This document shows positions 1 to 12,973 of a stretch of DNA of 64,000 bases, one piece after another. The number at the start of each line of letters is the position of its first letter. The stretch's first letter is position 1. Source of the DNA: Podarcis melisellensis (Eukaryota); NCBI GenBank assembly GCA_964234715.1, contig OZ174277.1; one strand, 5' to 3'. Below the pieces are notes generated by a model. It saw nothing but the letters and a program-made list of their open reading frames with translations. It did not search any database and was not told the origin of the DNA. Position numbers and translations under genes: made by a program.

Positions 1-170
1 CTAGGGTGGCTGCAAACCACTACTAGGATACTAATTCTGTGAAGGTCCTTTGGTGGGTAATAAACTCCAGGATGTCCTTTAAAGCTGGAACTACCAGCAG
101 GGCCTTCCCAGTAGATCTCAAGTCAGGGGAAGTTCAATATGTGGAGTGGAGTTTCCTCAGACAGAGTTGA
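1..170 (-). mobile_element. Degraded L2-like LINE fragment
   Basis: Motif cagggccttccc...gatctcaagt...ttcctcag resembles the antisense 3' region of squamate L2 elements. Confidence 0.35.
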
Positions 171-353
171 TAGCATGATCATTGATAGTAATATCAGGAT
201 CCACCCTGTCCCTCAAAAGATATACTGCATCTTGTAAATATATTTCGTCAGAATAAATTCCAGAGAACTCTATTGTGAGGTGGATTCACGTAACTAAATA
301 GTGCAGAATTTACCATAGGTTTTACCGAGGAGTGACTACCTTGAATACAATCA

Positions 354-584
354 TGAGCTCCCGCTGCTCGGTCCCTGCTCCTGCCAACCTAGCAGTTCAA
401 AAGCACATCAAAGTGGTCAAAGTGCAAGTAGATAAATAGGTACCACTCCGGTGGGAAGGTAAATAGCGTTTTCATGTGCTGCTCTGGAAGCTGTACGCTA
501 GCTCCCTCGGCCACTAAAGCGAGATGAGCGCCGCAACCCGAGTCATCCGCGACTGGACCTAACGGTCAGGGATCCCTTTACCTT
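354..584 (+). mobile_element. Sauria/Squam1 SINE, 5'-truncated with internal deletion
   Basis: Core ctgccaacctagcagttc...gtgcaagtagataaataggtacc and ACCTTT-type tail, shared with other copies in the window. Confidence 0.85.
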
Positions 585-1038
585 ATTCCTGCAACTTTGG
601 CCAGGAAAGGCAGCAGCAGTAATGTAGAATGTGCTGGTCCTCTACCACCGCTCACTGTTTCAACGTGCTGTATTTTGAGGATCAATGGGTGAATGAGCTT
701 ATTGAGCTTAAGTCATCAAGCAGCTGGCTTTACATTATAAATCATTTTAAGAGAAAGAGCTGAAAGTAAACTTCTCTTAGATTGAGAAATACGGGAACAG
801 AACCAGGGATTCAGATTCAACTACTGTGATGTATTATGCTGAAACTGACCTGCCAACTATTTCTTAGTTTGCATTGGCCTAAGAATGCTCCCAGAAGTTG
901 TGAAATAATGCTTTGCATATTTTGTAGTGAAACATAGAACTATCTATTTGAACTTATACATTAGTGGATTTTCAATAAATTATGTTGTAGTAACTAAAGT
1001 ACTGATGCTATAGACACATTAAGGACGGTTTCAGTGTA

Positions 1039-1218
1039 TAGTGGTACCTCCGGTTGTGGACGGGATCCGTCCCAGTGGTCAGGTCAGATCCTGAGGTTTC
1101 CACAACCTGAGAACCGCTTCTGTGCATGCTGAAATCCGGTCAAATACTTCCGGGTTTGCCACTTTCACATCCTGAAGCTTACGTAACCAGAGGGGTTACG
1201 TAATCTGAGGTGCTACTA
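1039..1218. mobile_element. pogo/Tc1-mariner-type MITE
   Basis: Degenerate TIRs tagtggtacctc / gaggtgctacta, flanked by TA on both sides. Confidence 0.7.
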
Positions 1219-1951
1219 TACTGAAAAGTTCTACATTTCCTAGATTAAAAAGGGTGAAAGAATCTGGAAGGCAGGTCTTAATTTTGAAGCCAGGATAATA
1301 CAAGTATTTCTATTCAGAGTGATATCAAACTCATACACAGAGAAGTCCCACTGAAGTGAATAAGTCCAATGATCTTTGAGTATCACCCACCATACTTAAA
1401 ATCAATAACTAGACTGTTTTAAACAACATGAGAAAGATTTAGCAGGGTGGGAGAGGTAGGTAATTGCAAAGAGGAACTGATTAAACTTTTGCCAGTGCTA
1501 CAGAAGTACAGGAGCAGAAGTGATGCATGCGTCATTAATTACAGCAATTCCTCATTTACGCACATTTGAGACATGCACAACTGCGCACACCATAGCAAAC
1601 CAGGAAGTGGCAGGAATAGGGGCAAAAACAGCCCTAAAAGAGCGTATAAATGGCAAAATGGCACGAAAATAACATCTAGCAATCCCAGGAGCCTTTGCAA
1701 ATGCAATCCTGGGAGCCTTTGCACCAAACTTTGAGGCCTGTGGGGACTTGGAGCTTGAGCAAGGAGGTTTGGAGGGAGCAACTGTGGAGGAGTTTGGTGG
1801 AGTTTTTGTTTTCTGAATGGCTTTTCAAGAGTTTCCAGAGGTTCAGAGGGTGTTTGCAGCCTTTCACAATGGTGTTCCCAATATACGCAATTTTATTTAA
1901 ACATGCAGTGCATCGGAACATAAGCCCCACATAAATGGGAAACTGCCTGTA

Positions 1952-2189
1952 CAGTTATACCTCGGGATAAATACGCTTCACAGGATAAGTATTTTTTGGT
2001 TACTTCTGGGTCGCCGCGGAGCGCGTTACTTCCGGGTTTTGTCGCTCACACAGACGGTCAAAATGATGTCATGCGCATGTGCGGAAGCGGCGAAACACGA
2101 CCCGCACGCACGCAGACACGTCTTACGTTCTGTTCAGGATGAGAATAGGGCTTCGGAACAGATCCTGTTCGCATCCCAAGGTATCACTG
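1952..2189. mobile_element. pogo/Tc1-mariner-type MITE
   Basis: TIRs cagttatacctcgggat / atcccaaggtatcactg, TA flanks, CpG-rich interior. Confidence 0.75.
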
Positions 2190-4064
2190 TATGTGTACAT
2201 GCTTGCAGCATAAAATGTTTACTGTACATTTCCAGAATAAGAATAACACTATAAAAAAACTAACTTCAACAAATCAAAGATAAGCAATACTGGTAGATTT
2301 GGGGTATGTCTGCATGTGCAGGCAATGACTGATTAATGTGCGTCCAAATGATGCACAATCGTGCATGGCGCCAAACCCGGAAGCAAACTGGAAACGTCAC
2401 TAAACAAGTCACTAAAAGGGGGTGAAACGAAGGTGGAGTGGAACGTGCTTATACACGCTGCGCTAAAACACACAGGGGCCAAGAACGGATCCCCCCAGCA
2501 CAAAATGGTCATCAACTGTACTTCTCTAAATTCCTGCTCAACTCCCAACATAAACTGTTTTTATTGTCCAGTACCTGAATTTATTCTGTGCACTTTTAAA
2601 TGAAAAAGGGTATGTGTATCCCCTTTTATTTAATGCGTGATGCATATTTAAAGTCACTTAATACAAATTACAATATTTATCCCTTAACCAAATGCTACTT
2701 GTAGGTAATATATGAATTTTAAATGTATGAAGTATGGATTTTAATCTATGTTAGAACCAGGAAAGGTAGCTATTCCAGAATAGTCAGTTCAGCACTTAAG
2801 GATATTGAAATAGCTGGAAAGAACTGAAGCCCAGTTTCCTTTTACATTCAATTTTTACCTTATCCCCTTCACACATACCCCCCCCCAAAAAAAATAACCT
2901 GCCATCTTCCCATTCCTCCTTGGTGGTCATTTTATATTCTATTCTTCCTCCTATAACAGATTCTCACACACCCTTCCTTTCTATTCCTAATTTATTTTTA
3001 TCTTTAAGGTTATTAATAATGAATAAATTTTAATCTCACTTTTTAATGGTTTTCAACACCTCCAACACTTTGTTAGAAGAGATGTCCCCTCCTCCAACAG
3101 ATACCACTCCACCCCATGCACTCTTACTCAATATGCAAGGCGCTCCTGATGCTGGCATTGGTTCAACTAAAAGGCTATGGGGCACAGTAGGCAAGTGGGG
3201 AGGCCCCGGTCAGCCTGAGGCACTGAGGGTCACCTAAAAGTGGCCCAAGGCCCACTGCACTAGAAAGTTATGGTCTCTCATTAGTGCATGAGGCAAAATA
3301 ATTTCCTTCACTACTGGCAATGTAATATGCATTCTAAGGAATGGCTCAAAATTACTGCAACTCAACCTGCTAAGTTTATATGAATCAAAAATTGGGTAGA
3401 AGCATATACCCTGGGGTATGATAGGGAATTTCCAGCATACATTCTAAAGTAGTCTGCCAGTATATATCACTTACATGGTGTTAATTAAGTACCTTAAAGT
3501 TATGTAGAAGCATAGCATACCACTTCTATGATTCCTTTGTGTGCTGCAGGGGACTGCCATCACAAACTCTCAGAATACTTGTTGCAATCCACATATACCA
3601 AAGGAAGTTCCAAAAAGACAATTCTCTTGTCTCAATTTTACCTATGTTCTAAGAAACAGCATCCAGGCCATGGTAGGGTTTTGTAGTTAGTTGCTACTAT
3701 GCCTCTCAGGTTCCCATTGAGCTTTACTGGACAAAGAAAAAAAATGCAGACTGGGACTGCTTAGATTGAAACCTGCTTCTCATTACAGGCACTATGATAA
3801 TCAGGGACTTGGGACAGTTATCTATCCCAATGTGTGCATTTTTTTTCTATGCAGATTAATGGCTATCTTTCATTCATTCACTCTCTTTGGAAAGCGAGGG
3901 GTAAAGTGTGGCACTTGGGTACAACCCTAAAGGGCAGGCAAAGTTTTCCAACCACCAACAACACTGGGTGGCCTGGTTACCACTAAAAGAGTCACCATGG
4001 GGGGAGCAATACCTTTCGTCCCCCATGTCGAAAGCATAGGCAGTATGTCTGATTATTCCAATCA

Positions 4065-4185
4065 GCCATAAACATTGAATTAGCTTATGAAATGCATCAC
4101 TGCAAGATGTGATATCCTCTAGCTTTGATGGCTTTTTAAAAGGGCTAGACAAATTAATGGAGGATAAGTTTATCAAAGGTTATGT
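4065..4185 (+). mobile_element. CR1 LINE 3' fragment
   Basis: gatggctttttaaaagggctagacaaattaatggaggataag (DGFLKGLDKLMED), a typical CR1 ORF2 terminus. Confidence 0.65.
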
Positions 4186-7038
4186 TCAAAGACTGTGTAA
4201 CAGCAGCTGCAAAAACAGGGATGAGGAACCTGTGACCCTTCAGATGTTGTTGGGATACCATCTCCCATCAGCTCAGGCCAACTTGGACAATGGTCAGGGA
4301 TTATGAGAACTGTAGTCCAATGACATCAAGAGAGTGCCTGATTTGCCACTGCAATACTAGAAAAATGGGAGTGGGCCATTTATTTGGTACTATGCATGTG
4401 GGCTTCCCAGAAACATCTGGTTAGCTACCATTTGCAAAAAAACTCAGTGGAATCTAGATGAACCCTTAGTCTGATTCAGCTGAATGTCTAATGAGTATTA
4501 TAACCAGGAGTGAAGAAGGAAATGTGCAGCCTCTTTCCCCAGAACAACCACAAACAATTATTCTGGGTTGGTAGTGGGAAAATGTTACTGGAGGCTCCAT
4601 CTGGAAAAATAGAAAGAAGAACAGGTTTGAGAAAACAGGCCTGGCCATGCCTAGCTCTGCTGGAGACACTGACCTGAACAGTGGACAGAAGTGTATGGAA
4701 GGGATGGGAGTGGAGTTTGAGAAAGAACCAGAACTTTCCATTATTTTCACTCAGTATAAAGTGCTTTTGTTAGCAGCTCATGCTTTTTGGTGCTTGAACA
4801 GGTTAAGGTGGTGTGGTATAACTGATTTTATGTGGTCTTGCGCAGGAGTAGCCAAAATGATGGTCCCGATATGTTTTGGACTACAACGCGTATCATCCTG
4901 CATACTAGCCATGCTGGCTGGGACTGAGGGCAAGTTACAGTCCACAATATCTGGAGGGCACCATGTTGCCTATCCCTGGTCTAGAAGATGTCATGCAAAC
5001 AACTGCATTTTAAAATGTTTTATTATTGGCTAGATGTTACTTAAAATAATATATTTATGTTTCTGAATAAACATTTTCTGATTAATTCTTTCTAGACACT
5101 GGCACAGCTAATATTAAAATAGTCATATGGTTTATCTTTCTCCCAACAACTGGAATCACGTGGGTAAAATGCGTAAGTCCCTTCCTGGAACCTAAAGTAC
5201 AAGAGGATTCGAAACATAGTAAATAATTTATGCTTTTTCACATAGCTTAAGAGACGCTGGTTTGACCTTCTTAGCAGGAATTTTTCTTTCTCAAGCTTGA
5301 AGCCAGCATTATTTTATCATCTTGGTCAGATACTTTGGTCACATTTCATGATTTCTGCAGTTACATTTCTGTAGCTGAATTATCTCACAGCAACAAACTG
5401 TGCGTACACTGTGAAATTTTACTTTGGAAAGGTGTCATCAGAAGACATATTTCTTTCAAGTTATTAAAACTATTTGTTCCATTTTAACTTCTTTTTTTAA
5501 ACACTTTTGAAAATACCACCCTCAACAGTGAACACTGTAGGACAGCAGCTATGGAAAATTCTTCCTGGGAGTTAAAAATCTGAGACTCAAGGTCACAAAA
5601 ACAAAGTCACAACCAGTTCTCAAGCTTTAGAAACACCCACACATTAGATTAGGAAAACAGCAAGCTTGAAATATTCCATCTAGAGTTTAAAAAAGTATCT
5701 AAATTGTTTTTAAATAACTTTATTGAGCTAAATCAAGTGTGCTTAATAAACCTGACTATTTTCTAAAAAGTAAAGAAAAATACTTATTGGAATACTGGTG
5801 GGAAAATAGCATAATGCAAGAAACCATCCTTATCTGAAACAAGAAATTTTGTCTGGAAAATTGCAAAATGTAACTCAAAAAAGTGCACAGAAAATGTTTA
5901 TTAAGAGAGCCTTTTTTGCTTCTCTAAGTTCTCTGTTGCTATTTCTATGTGTAACTTTCATGAGGATATTCAGTAAAATTATTTGGTTAGTTAAGGATAC
6001 AGCTTATTACTTATAGGAATATCTGTAGTTCTAGAAACTGCAGGCATTTATTTACAAGTATCTCGCTGCAACCAATGCATACACATTATTCATATAATAT
6101 GCAACACTGAAGAATGTTCAATAACTTGTCTATTCTGAACACGTGCTGTACTTTGAAGCAGATCGATATGAGGAGGGGGCAGGATAGAGCTGGTTTTTTA
6201 AACACTTGTCAGTGCAGAAAACACCAAGGGACTAGTCCTGGGTTTCCCGTTTGTTTTCTTACTCCCACCCCTCACTTTCGGATTACACACACCTCTCACT
6301 TTCATCCTCTGAGAAAGAAAAGAGGCTACAACTGCAGCAGCCCTGGGTACCACCAAGCCCTGGCTGACTGCAGGACTGCAGTCCTGGCACAGCACAGTCC
6401 ACTCCCTGCCGTCCGGCCATAGGGTGGGGTCTTTTCTCACACCAATCCGTACGTACACACAAAAGGGAAACCAAGAGGGGAGGCTGCCTTAACTCGCTCC
6501 CCCCCCCCTCACCGCAATACCTTGCGCACAGGAGCCTAAACTAGGCGAGATGCAAAACAGCCAAATACAATAGGGCGCCCCCAAAGCGCCCAGGGAAGAG
6601 GGCATGAGGTGATCCGGGGGGGGGGCGACGCCAGGCCGCGCTCCTGGGGGGCCTGGGGGCTCCCCGAAGCGCCTCGGCGGCTACTCATCCGCCCTTCGCC
6701 TGCGCCAAGTACCTTTTTTTGGCCGCCCTTCTGACAGACAAAGGGAAGAGAGGAGTTTATTACTGCGGAGGTGCCGGTTGCGCAGTTCCCCGCCTCAGGA
6801 GAGCCGAGCCGAGCGGCCGCCACGCCCCACCCCGCCAAACTTCACCCCTTTCGGGGGGGGTTGGAGAGGACGCGGACGGGGGGGGGCGAAGGGAAGGCAG
6901 GTGCCCGCCGGCCCCTTCGCAGGTGCTTAGGCGCCCCCCTAAAGTTTGAGTTGACTGAGGCGGAGCGGCCTCAAAACACACACACCCCAGCCCCCCTAGC
7001 TCTCTCCCAGGCGCGCAGCATGGCAGCGAGGCTCGTAC

Positions 7039-7191
7039 CTTGGCGGGATCCTCCGGCTGCTCCGGCTCGGCCCCCGCCCCCGCCGCCGCCGCCGTGGGCG
7101 CTTCTCCCGCAGGGCTGCCGGGCTGGGACTCCTCTGCTGCAGTGGCCCCGTCCTGCGGGCTCCGCTGCTCCGCAGAGCTGCCGGCTCCCAT
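7039..7191 (-). CDS. AKAP12: A-kinase anchoring protein 12 (gravin/SSeCKS), first coding exon of the alpha-type isoform (51 codons)
   Basis: Encodes MGAGSSAEQRSPQDGATAAEESQPGSPAGEAPTAAAAGAGAEPEQPEDPAK, which resembles the recalled mammalian AKAP12 N-terminus (MGAGSSTEQRSP...DPATK). Strong Kozak GCC-ATG-G, MGxxxS myristoylation motif, phase-0 donor AAG|GTACGA at 7039/7038. Lies in a CpG island downstream of MTHFD1L. The next exon was not found in 1-7038. Confidence 0.93.
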
Positions 7192-7409
7192 GGCTTCGCT
7201 CTCTTCGGTGAGCGGCTGCTTCGCGACGCCGGTCTCTCACCTCCGCTGCCCAGACCCGACGCTTCCCGCCCAGGAATGATAAAAGAGAGGAGAGCAATAA
7301 TGAAGCTGTCCAGGCAGCTGCGCCCTTCGCCTCAGTCTCGGCCGCTCAGCGCTCTGCTCAAGCTGCGACTGAAGGAAACCAGTAGCTTTCTGCAAACTCC
7401 TTTAGAGAG
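7192..7409 (-). other. AKAP12: AKAP12 5'-UTR portion of the ATG-containing exon
   Basis: No upstream ATG between 7409 and 7192. Candidate acceptors are ttctttcctccccccAG (7410-7411) and ctctctaaAG (7400-7401). The 5' boundary (TSS versus acceptor) is uncertain. Confidence 0.55.
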
Positions 7410-7443
7410 CTGGGGGGAGGAAAGAACAAGCTCCTCTCTGGTC

Positions 7444-7479
7444 CTCCCGCCCGCCTCTCCCTCCTGCTCCATCACATGA
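7444..7479 (-). promoter_or_regulatory. Adjacent E-box (TCATGTGA, 7479-7472) and GC box (GGCGGGCGGGAG, 7455-7444)
   Basis: Motifs are seen directly just upstream of the UTR. The arrangement resembles the USF/Sp1 module known for the mammalian AKAP12-alpha promoter. Confidence 0.6.
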
Positions 7480-8774
7480 GCAGAGCCTCGGACACGCCTT
7501 GCAGCATCAAACCTGGACTCGAGAAGGGGCGGGGGAAGAGAAAGAGAGAGAGACAACATCCCGCCACCTCTGACCAAGGTGGCTGCCCACCCCCTGGCCT
7601 TCTTCGCCCCCTCCCCGCCACAGAGATAGTTCTTGGACTTTTCTAAGTGCCCCTTCTAAGGAAGAGTCGCCTCCCGCTCTCGCCACCGCGCTAGATTAAT
7701 GGGCCTTAATTCCATTACCGAGAGAGCTGGAGGGAAAGTGGCTCTGCAGATTACGTCTCCGTGACCTTCAGCTGACGAGGCATTTTTGATGTGCTCCCCA
7801 CCTCCCACCCCAGCAAAGGCAGGCGGCCGTGCCTACTGTGGTACGCGAAGCATAAATCACCAGGGACTAGAATTGCCAAACGTCCCTTATTTCAACACTT
7901 CCCATGCAGCAAAACACAGGGAAAAAATGGGAGTAGATCAAAGGTGGCCAATTTCTATTTCTGCAAGTGTTCCGTGCAGAGGCGTACCTAGGCTTCTTTG
8001 TGCTGCTGGCAAGGAGCTGTACCAGTGCTGCCGCCGCCGCCGCCCTTGTCTCTTGAACCCTTGGCCGGTCACCTAAGGAGGGAGCTGAGGCGCCTGTGTG
8101 CCTCACCTGGCACACAGGCAGGCGGGCTCCGAGCCAGAGTAGAGAGACATCATTTTTGTGTGTCCCTGGGCCCGTGCCATTGGCGGCCAACTCGAACGGC
8201 AATGTAACACTACAGAAGAGACTGGCAGACCTTCAGGCCTGACTCCTATCTAGGCCCACAAGCCTGGTTTTCAGGTTGATGTGAAGGTACCCTGTCCTGT
8301 GCTATCTATGTGATAGTCTACTGCTGGTTAGTGACTTGTCTAATTTATTCTTCTGGGGTTTTTTTTGGGGGGGATGCAAAGTGGAATAGCGTTAGATCTG
8401 CTAGATTTGCCAGTAAAATAATTGCCATTAACCAGTAGCATTGCAAAGCCATGGAGACAGGCCTAACCTGAATCACTAGTATCGTATTTTGATGTTTGGA
8501 GATTTTCCAGAGATCGACAAGAAAAGTGCCGTTGCAGAAATGTAATAAAATATTGATGGCTTTTTATTTCTTCATAAGATGATACTAAATTGGCAATGAC
8601 TGAAATGTCTTTCAACAAAATTGAAAACAGATATTTTGTTTACTTTGAGTTATTTTAAAAAGTCCTAGCACTTTATACCCTGCAATCCAATACACGTGTA
8701 TATGGGAGTAAGATGCACTGAATTCAGTGGGACCTAGTTTTGAGTAGACATGTACAGAATTTCACACATAGTTT

Positions 8775-8865
8775 TCCCCAAAGAATACTGAGAACTGTAG
8801 TTTCTCTCTCATGGAGCTATAATTCCCAAGACCCTTAACAAACTACAGTTCCCAGGATTCTGGGA
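8775..8865. mobile_element. Short palindromic MITE-like repeat
   Basis: Inverted arms agaatactgagaactgtagttt / aaactacagttcccaggattct. Confidence 0.55.
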
Positions 8866-10870
8866 CATAATAGTTGGATTTTCTCATAGCATACAGAACG
8901 GCTTACCTTTCTTTTGATATTCTTAAAGTGATAGCAATATCTGCCACTCACCCATTTTTACTAAAATGTATTTGGTCAGGGTTTTGTTTTCCAATGAAAG
9001 ACTGCAGTCACAGGTCACTCCCAGCATTAGACAAAGAGAGGTGGTCACCTCAGTTAGCAGGTACCAGAGACAGAGAGTGGTGGCAAAATGTTGGAGGACA
9101 AAGCTGTGCCCTTCTCTCGTTTTCTTCCCCTTGTAAGAAAATACTGATTTATATATATATGAGACTTTAGAATTCCTATAACACCCTAAGCAGGAGCTAT
9201 TGAGTGTTGCCACCCCCAGCGTCCCTGGATCCCCTAAGCAAGTCTGTTCCCCTTCAGTGTGATGGGAGATGCTGTACTACTGAAGTAAAGTTCACTCAAC
9301 TTCCGTAAGGAAAATGGAAAGGGGGGCACCATCTCCTTTGTCTGAGGTAGTAAACTCAGCCCAAGGTGAAATGCTTTGCTAGATGTGGGGTTGCATCTCA
9401 CACCGTGTGTTATTCACATGCACTGATGCTAATAGTTACCTGCTCAAAGCCATGCAATAGTCATGACTAGACTAGACTGAGGAAGTGGTTATACAGTTAT
9501 TTATTATGTAAGGAATCTGAACCTAGAATGTATTTGTTCAAAGATGAGCCTGCAACTCTAAGCACATATGGAATAAGGTCCATTGATATTAGGGGTTTAC
9601 TATCCTGAGAGTATGATTAAGTGAAAATGTAAAATATATGTGCATTGGTATATTTGTAAAAATCCATAGTTAAAGGTGCAATTTCACTTACAGCTTTGCA
9701 GAGGAACCTATCTAATCCCCCCCCCCCAACACATTTTTCTTCCACCAAATTTCAAAAGGTATTTACAGAGTGTTGTTAGTTCTCCTAATATCTGATTAGT
9801 GAGGTTCTGTTCAGTGTAAAGCTGACAAAAAAGAAGCCAACAAAGCAAGGCTTCAACCCCTAACGCTGCATCAGAATAAATACAGATTTCTTTTCATGCA
9901 AAACAGGTCCTTTATGCTATTTCCAATAGCTCAGGTTAAGTTACAGTGGTGAACAAAACAGAACAAGGAACATAGGATTGTGTGTCCTGATACTGAATTA
10001 ATTCAGCTTCCTTTCCCATGGTGCAGTAGTTGGCTTAATACAAGTACTGTACCTAACAAATTCATAATTGCTGTTTAAGTAAAATTTCAGCACAAATACT
10101 TGACTCACTGATAAACGTTTAAAGCATTTTAAACTATATATTAATGGTACAGTTTTTTAATCCTTATGGTTATTTACTTTGGGTTAATCCCATTCCTTTT
10201 TTCCTAAACCACAGAGTCATTTCAACATTTATTTCTGCAGTTGTTTGTAAGACCAAACGTTCATTGTTCCAAGGTAATCATTTCAACTAATACATTTTTT
10301 ACTATCAGCTTCCCACCACTCTTCACACTGTAAGAGCTAATACAGTTCCTCAGGATAGGAAATTATTATTGTACCATTATGAAGAGGATACAGGGTGGGT
10401 TGCCATGATTTAGTGTTAAAACAGTTATTTGTTGGATAACTGATATGCCGTCTTAATCCTGTTAGGAAGCACGTGCCAGCAAAACAAAGTAAAGGTATTT
10501 AGAATCAGGGGTTAATGGGCAATATTTTTATTCTGTGTCTTACTCAAAACAACATGTTAAATAATTGAGGCAGTTAGAACAGGATAGTGAATTATTGATA
10601 TATTTTTTTTAATGGAGGAGAGTATGTGTAAGGTTTTCTTTAAAATCTTTGTAATGTCTAATCCTTAAGTACTCATGTATGCTATACTTTTGTTTTCACC
10701 AATCTTTGATTCACTGACTTCTCTTTTCATGGGCTATCCCACCTTACATGCATTTCTGTTAGTAGAACTTTATCCTTGAGTCTCTTTCTTTATTAACTTC
10801 CTATTTTCTTTGTGCACTAATAATGACTTTCAAAAGGTGAGAGAACAACACCATTTATAACATAAGTAAT

Positions 10871-11222
10871 GCGCTGTGGGTTAAAGCCTCAGCGCCTAGG
10901 ACTTGCCGATCAAAAGGTCGGCGGTTCGAATCCCCGCGGCGGGGTGCGCTCCCGCTGCTCGGTCCCAGCGCCTGCCAACCTAGCAGTTCGAAAGCACCTC
11001 CGGGTGCAAGTAGATAAATAGGGACTGCTTACCAGCGGGAAGGTAAACGGCATTTCTGTGTGCAGCTCTGGCTCGCCAGAGCAGCGATGTCACGCTGGCC
11101 ACGTGACCCGGAAGTGTCTTCGGACAGCGCTGGCCCCTGGCCTCTTGAGTGAGATGGGCGCACAACCCCAGAGTCTGTCAAGACTGGCCCGTACGGGCAG
11201 GGGTACCTTTACCTTTACCTTA
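10871..11222 (+). mobile_element. Sauria/Squam1 SINE (gcctcagcgcc-type subfamily)
   Basis: tRNA-like head with B box ggttcgaatccc and (ACCTTT)n tail. Near-identical to 17592-17956. Confidence 0.92.
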
Positions 11223-11444
11223 ATTGACTGTGTACCAACCTGGCACCTTCCAAACATATGCTAGGAACCGCAAAGCATTCGAGTCCCTGATTATGTATTA
11301 TTTTCAGTTGTGTTTGCAAGAATGTAATTATGTGTTAAAAATGAGTTCATTTTCCTGTGATGTTCCCAACACATAACAGTACCTGAATAGCTGATAAGAG
11401 TTGTAACCAATCTGACAGCTGGGAAGCAGTGTGACAATCAGTTG

Positions 11445-11745
11445 CAGTGGCATAGTGTGGGTTGCCAGCACCCAGGGCTGCTGGGGGGGGGGTGGAGTAT
11501 GCATGCACAACTGCCTAACAGCGTCCGCATCACCCAGAAGATGGTAACTGCAGAATTAAGAAAAGTTGTTCTGTTGTCTGGAAAGGTCATTTCCCAGTTT
11601 GAATAGAGAAGCTATTTTTAACAGAGCACAGTGATGGAAGTGCACAGCTGTATTGAGGCAGCACCGGGTGTTGAAATTTTGCACCCCGAACAATTTCCCC
11701 CCGGGCAATCAATCACCCCTGTGACTCCCCCAGGCTACACCACTG
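11445..11745. mobile_element. hAT-type MITE
   Basis: TIRs cagtggcatag / ctacaccactg. 8-bp TSD atcagttg / ttcagttg (7/8). Confidence 0.75.
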
Positions 11746-12623
11746 TTCAGTTGCACTACTCACAAAGAAGCATCCCAATGTGCTATGAGAAGTGGCATAA
11801 CAACAGTTAAACAGTAGTGGAGCCTTTATATTCAACTGGTTCAAAGGTGCTTACGTATTACATTTGCTGAGGTTTAGTCCGCTGAGAAACCGGTGACACA
11901 GGGAGAGTGTTTAACAGACTGGCTTCCTGCACTGCTGTCTTCTAAGATCAGACCAAGGAAATGTAACTATGGGGAACCTGTAGCCCTCCTGATATTTCTG
12001 GATTAGAGCACCAATCAGCCCCTGACCATGGGCCATTATAACTGGGGCTGATGGGAGTTGCACTACCGTAACATCTGGAAGGTTTCAGGTTCCCCACTCC
12101 AATGCAATGTATGCTATGCAACAATTGCTGTTCTTAAAAAGTAATGCCAAAGGCAGCTCTGAAACTAATGGCCAAAACGTTAGCACGCAAATACATTCTT
12201 GTGCTGTTGGTTTCTTGCTACTAAACTTCCAAACAGACTTCCAGATCAATGTTTCGAAACATGGTAAAACCTAATAGAAATACAACACCAATGTGTTGAC
12301 ACTCCATTATATATAAACACTTACCCAACCTTGTGAAGCTGTTGGAATACCACCAAGGAAAGATAAAAGCTCCTCTGCTTGAACAGATTCTTTCCCCCTG
12401 CCCACTGATAGTTTTGCTGCATTCTTAACTGCTGTTTTTCAACTGTCACAACTATGCACTAGAATGTTGGCAAAGTCCAATTGAAGCTCACTTTTAAGAG
12501 GAGCCTATAGCTATAGAAATAATAACAGGGTATGTAAAATCAATACCCTTACCATAGACAAATTCAGAGAAATATTTCTAATTCCTCTATACCCCCCATT
12601 TAGCACCTAGGTATGTGTTTGTC

Positions 12624-12973
12624 CGCGGGTGGCACTGCGGGCTAAACCACAGAGCCTACGACTTGCTAATCAGAAGGTTGGCAGTTCGAATCCCCGCGAT
12701 GGGGTGAGCTCCTGTTGCTCGGTCCCGGCTCCTGCCAACCTAGCAGTTCGAAAGCACGTCAAAGTGCAAGTAGATAAATAGGTACCGATCCAGCGGGAAG
12801 GTAAACAGCGTTTCCGTGCGTTGCTCTGGTTCTCCAGAAGCAGCTTAGTCATCCTGGCCACATGACCCGTAAGCTGTACGCCGGCTCCCTCGGCCAATAA
12901 AGCGAGATGAGCACCGCAACCTTAGAGTCAGTCACGACTGGACCTAATTGTCAGTGGTCCCTTTACCTTTACT
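12624..12973 (+). mobile_element. Sauria/Squam1 SINE, near full length
   Basis: A/B boxes, ACCTTT tail, 12-bp TSD tatgtgtttgtc (12612-12623, 12974-12985). Confidence 0.95.

Larger units (their letters stand above)
6480..8210. promoter_or_regulatory. CpG island / AKAP12 promoter region
   Basis: Marked GC and CpG enrichment against a CpG-depleted background, many GC boxes, spans the first coding exon. Confidence 0.85.

Noticed and set aside
4466-4625. Strong minus-strand acceptor (ttctttctatttttccAG|ATGGAG) as the next AKAP12 exon
   Set aside because: The peptide MEPPVTFSHY... does not resemble the expected LLQKNGQ-type exon and there is no convincing donor.
6712-6722. CArG box in AKAP12 intron
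   Set aside because: CC-T7-GG has seven rather than six A/T bases.
6760-7038. Continuation of the 143-aa AKAP12 ORF (VRASLPCC...)
   Set aside because: Read-through past the splice donor at 7038 into GC-rich intron.
6100-8210. Many overlapping ORFs on both strands
   Set aside because: Expected from stop-codon scarcity in a CpG island. No recognisable protein apart from the AKAP12 exon.
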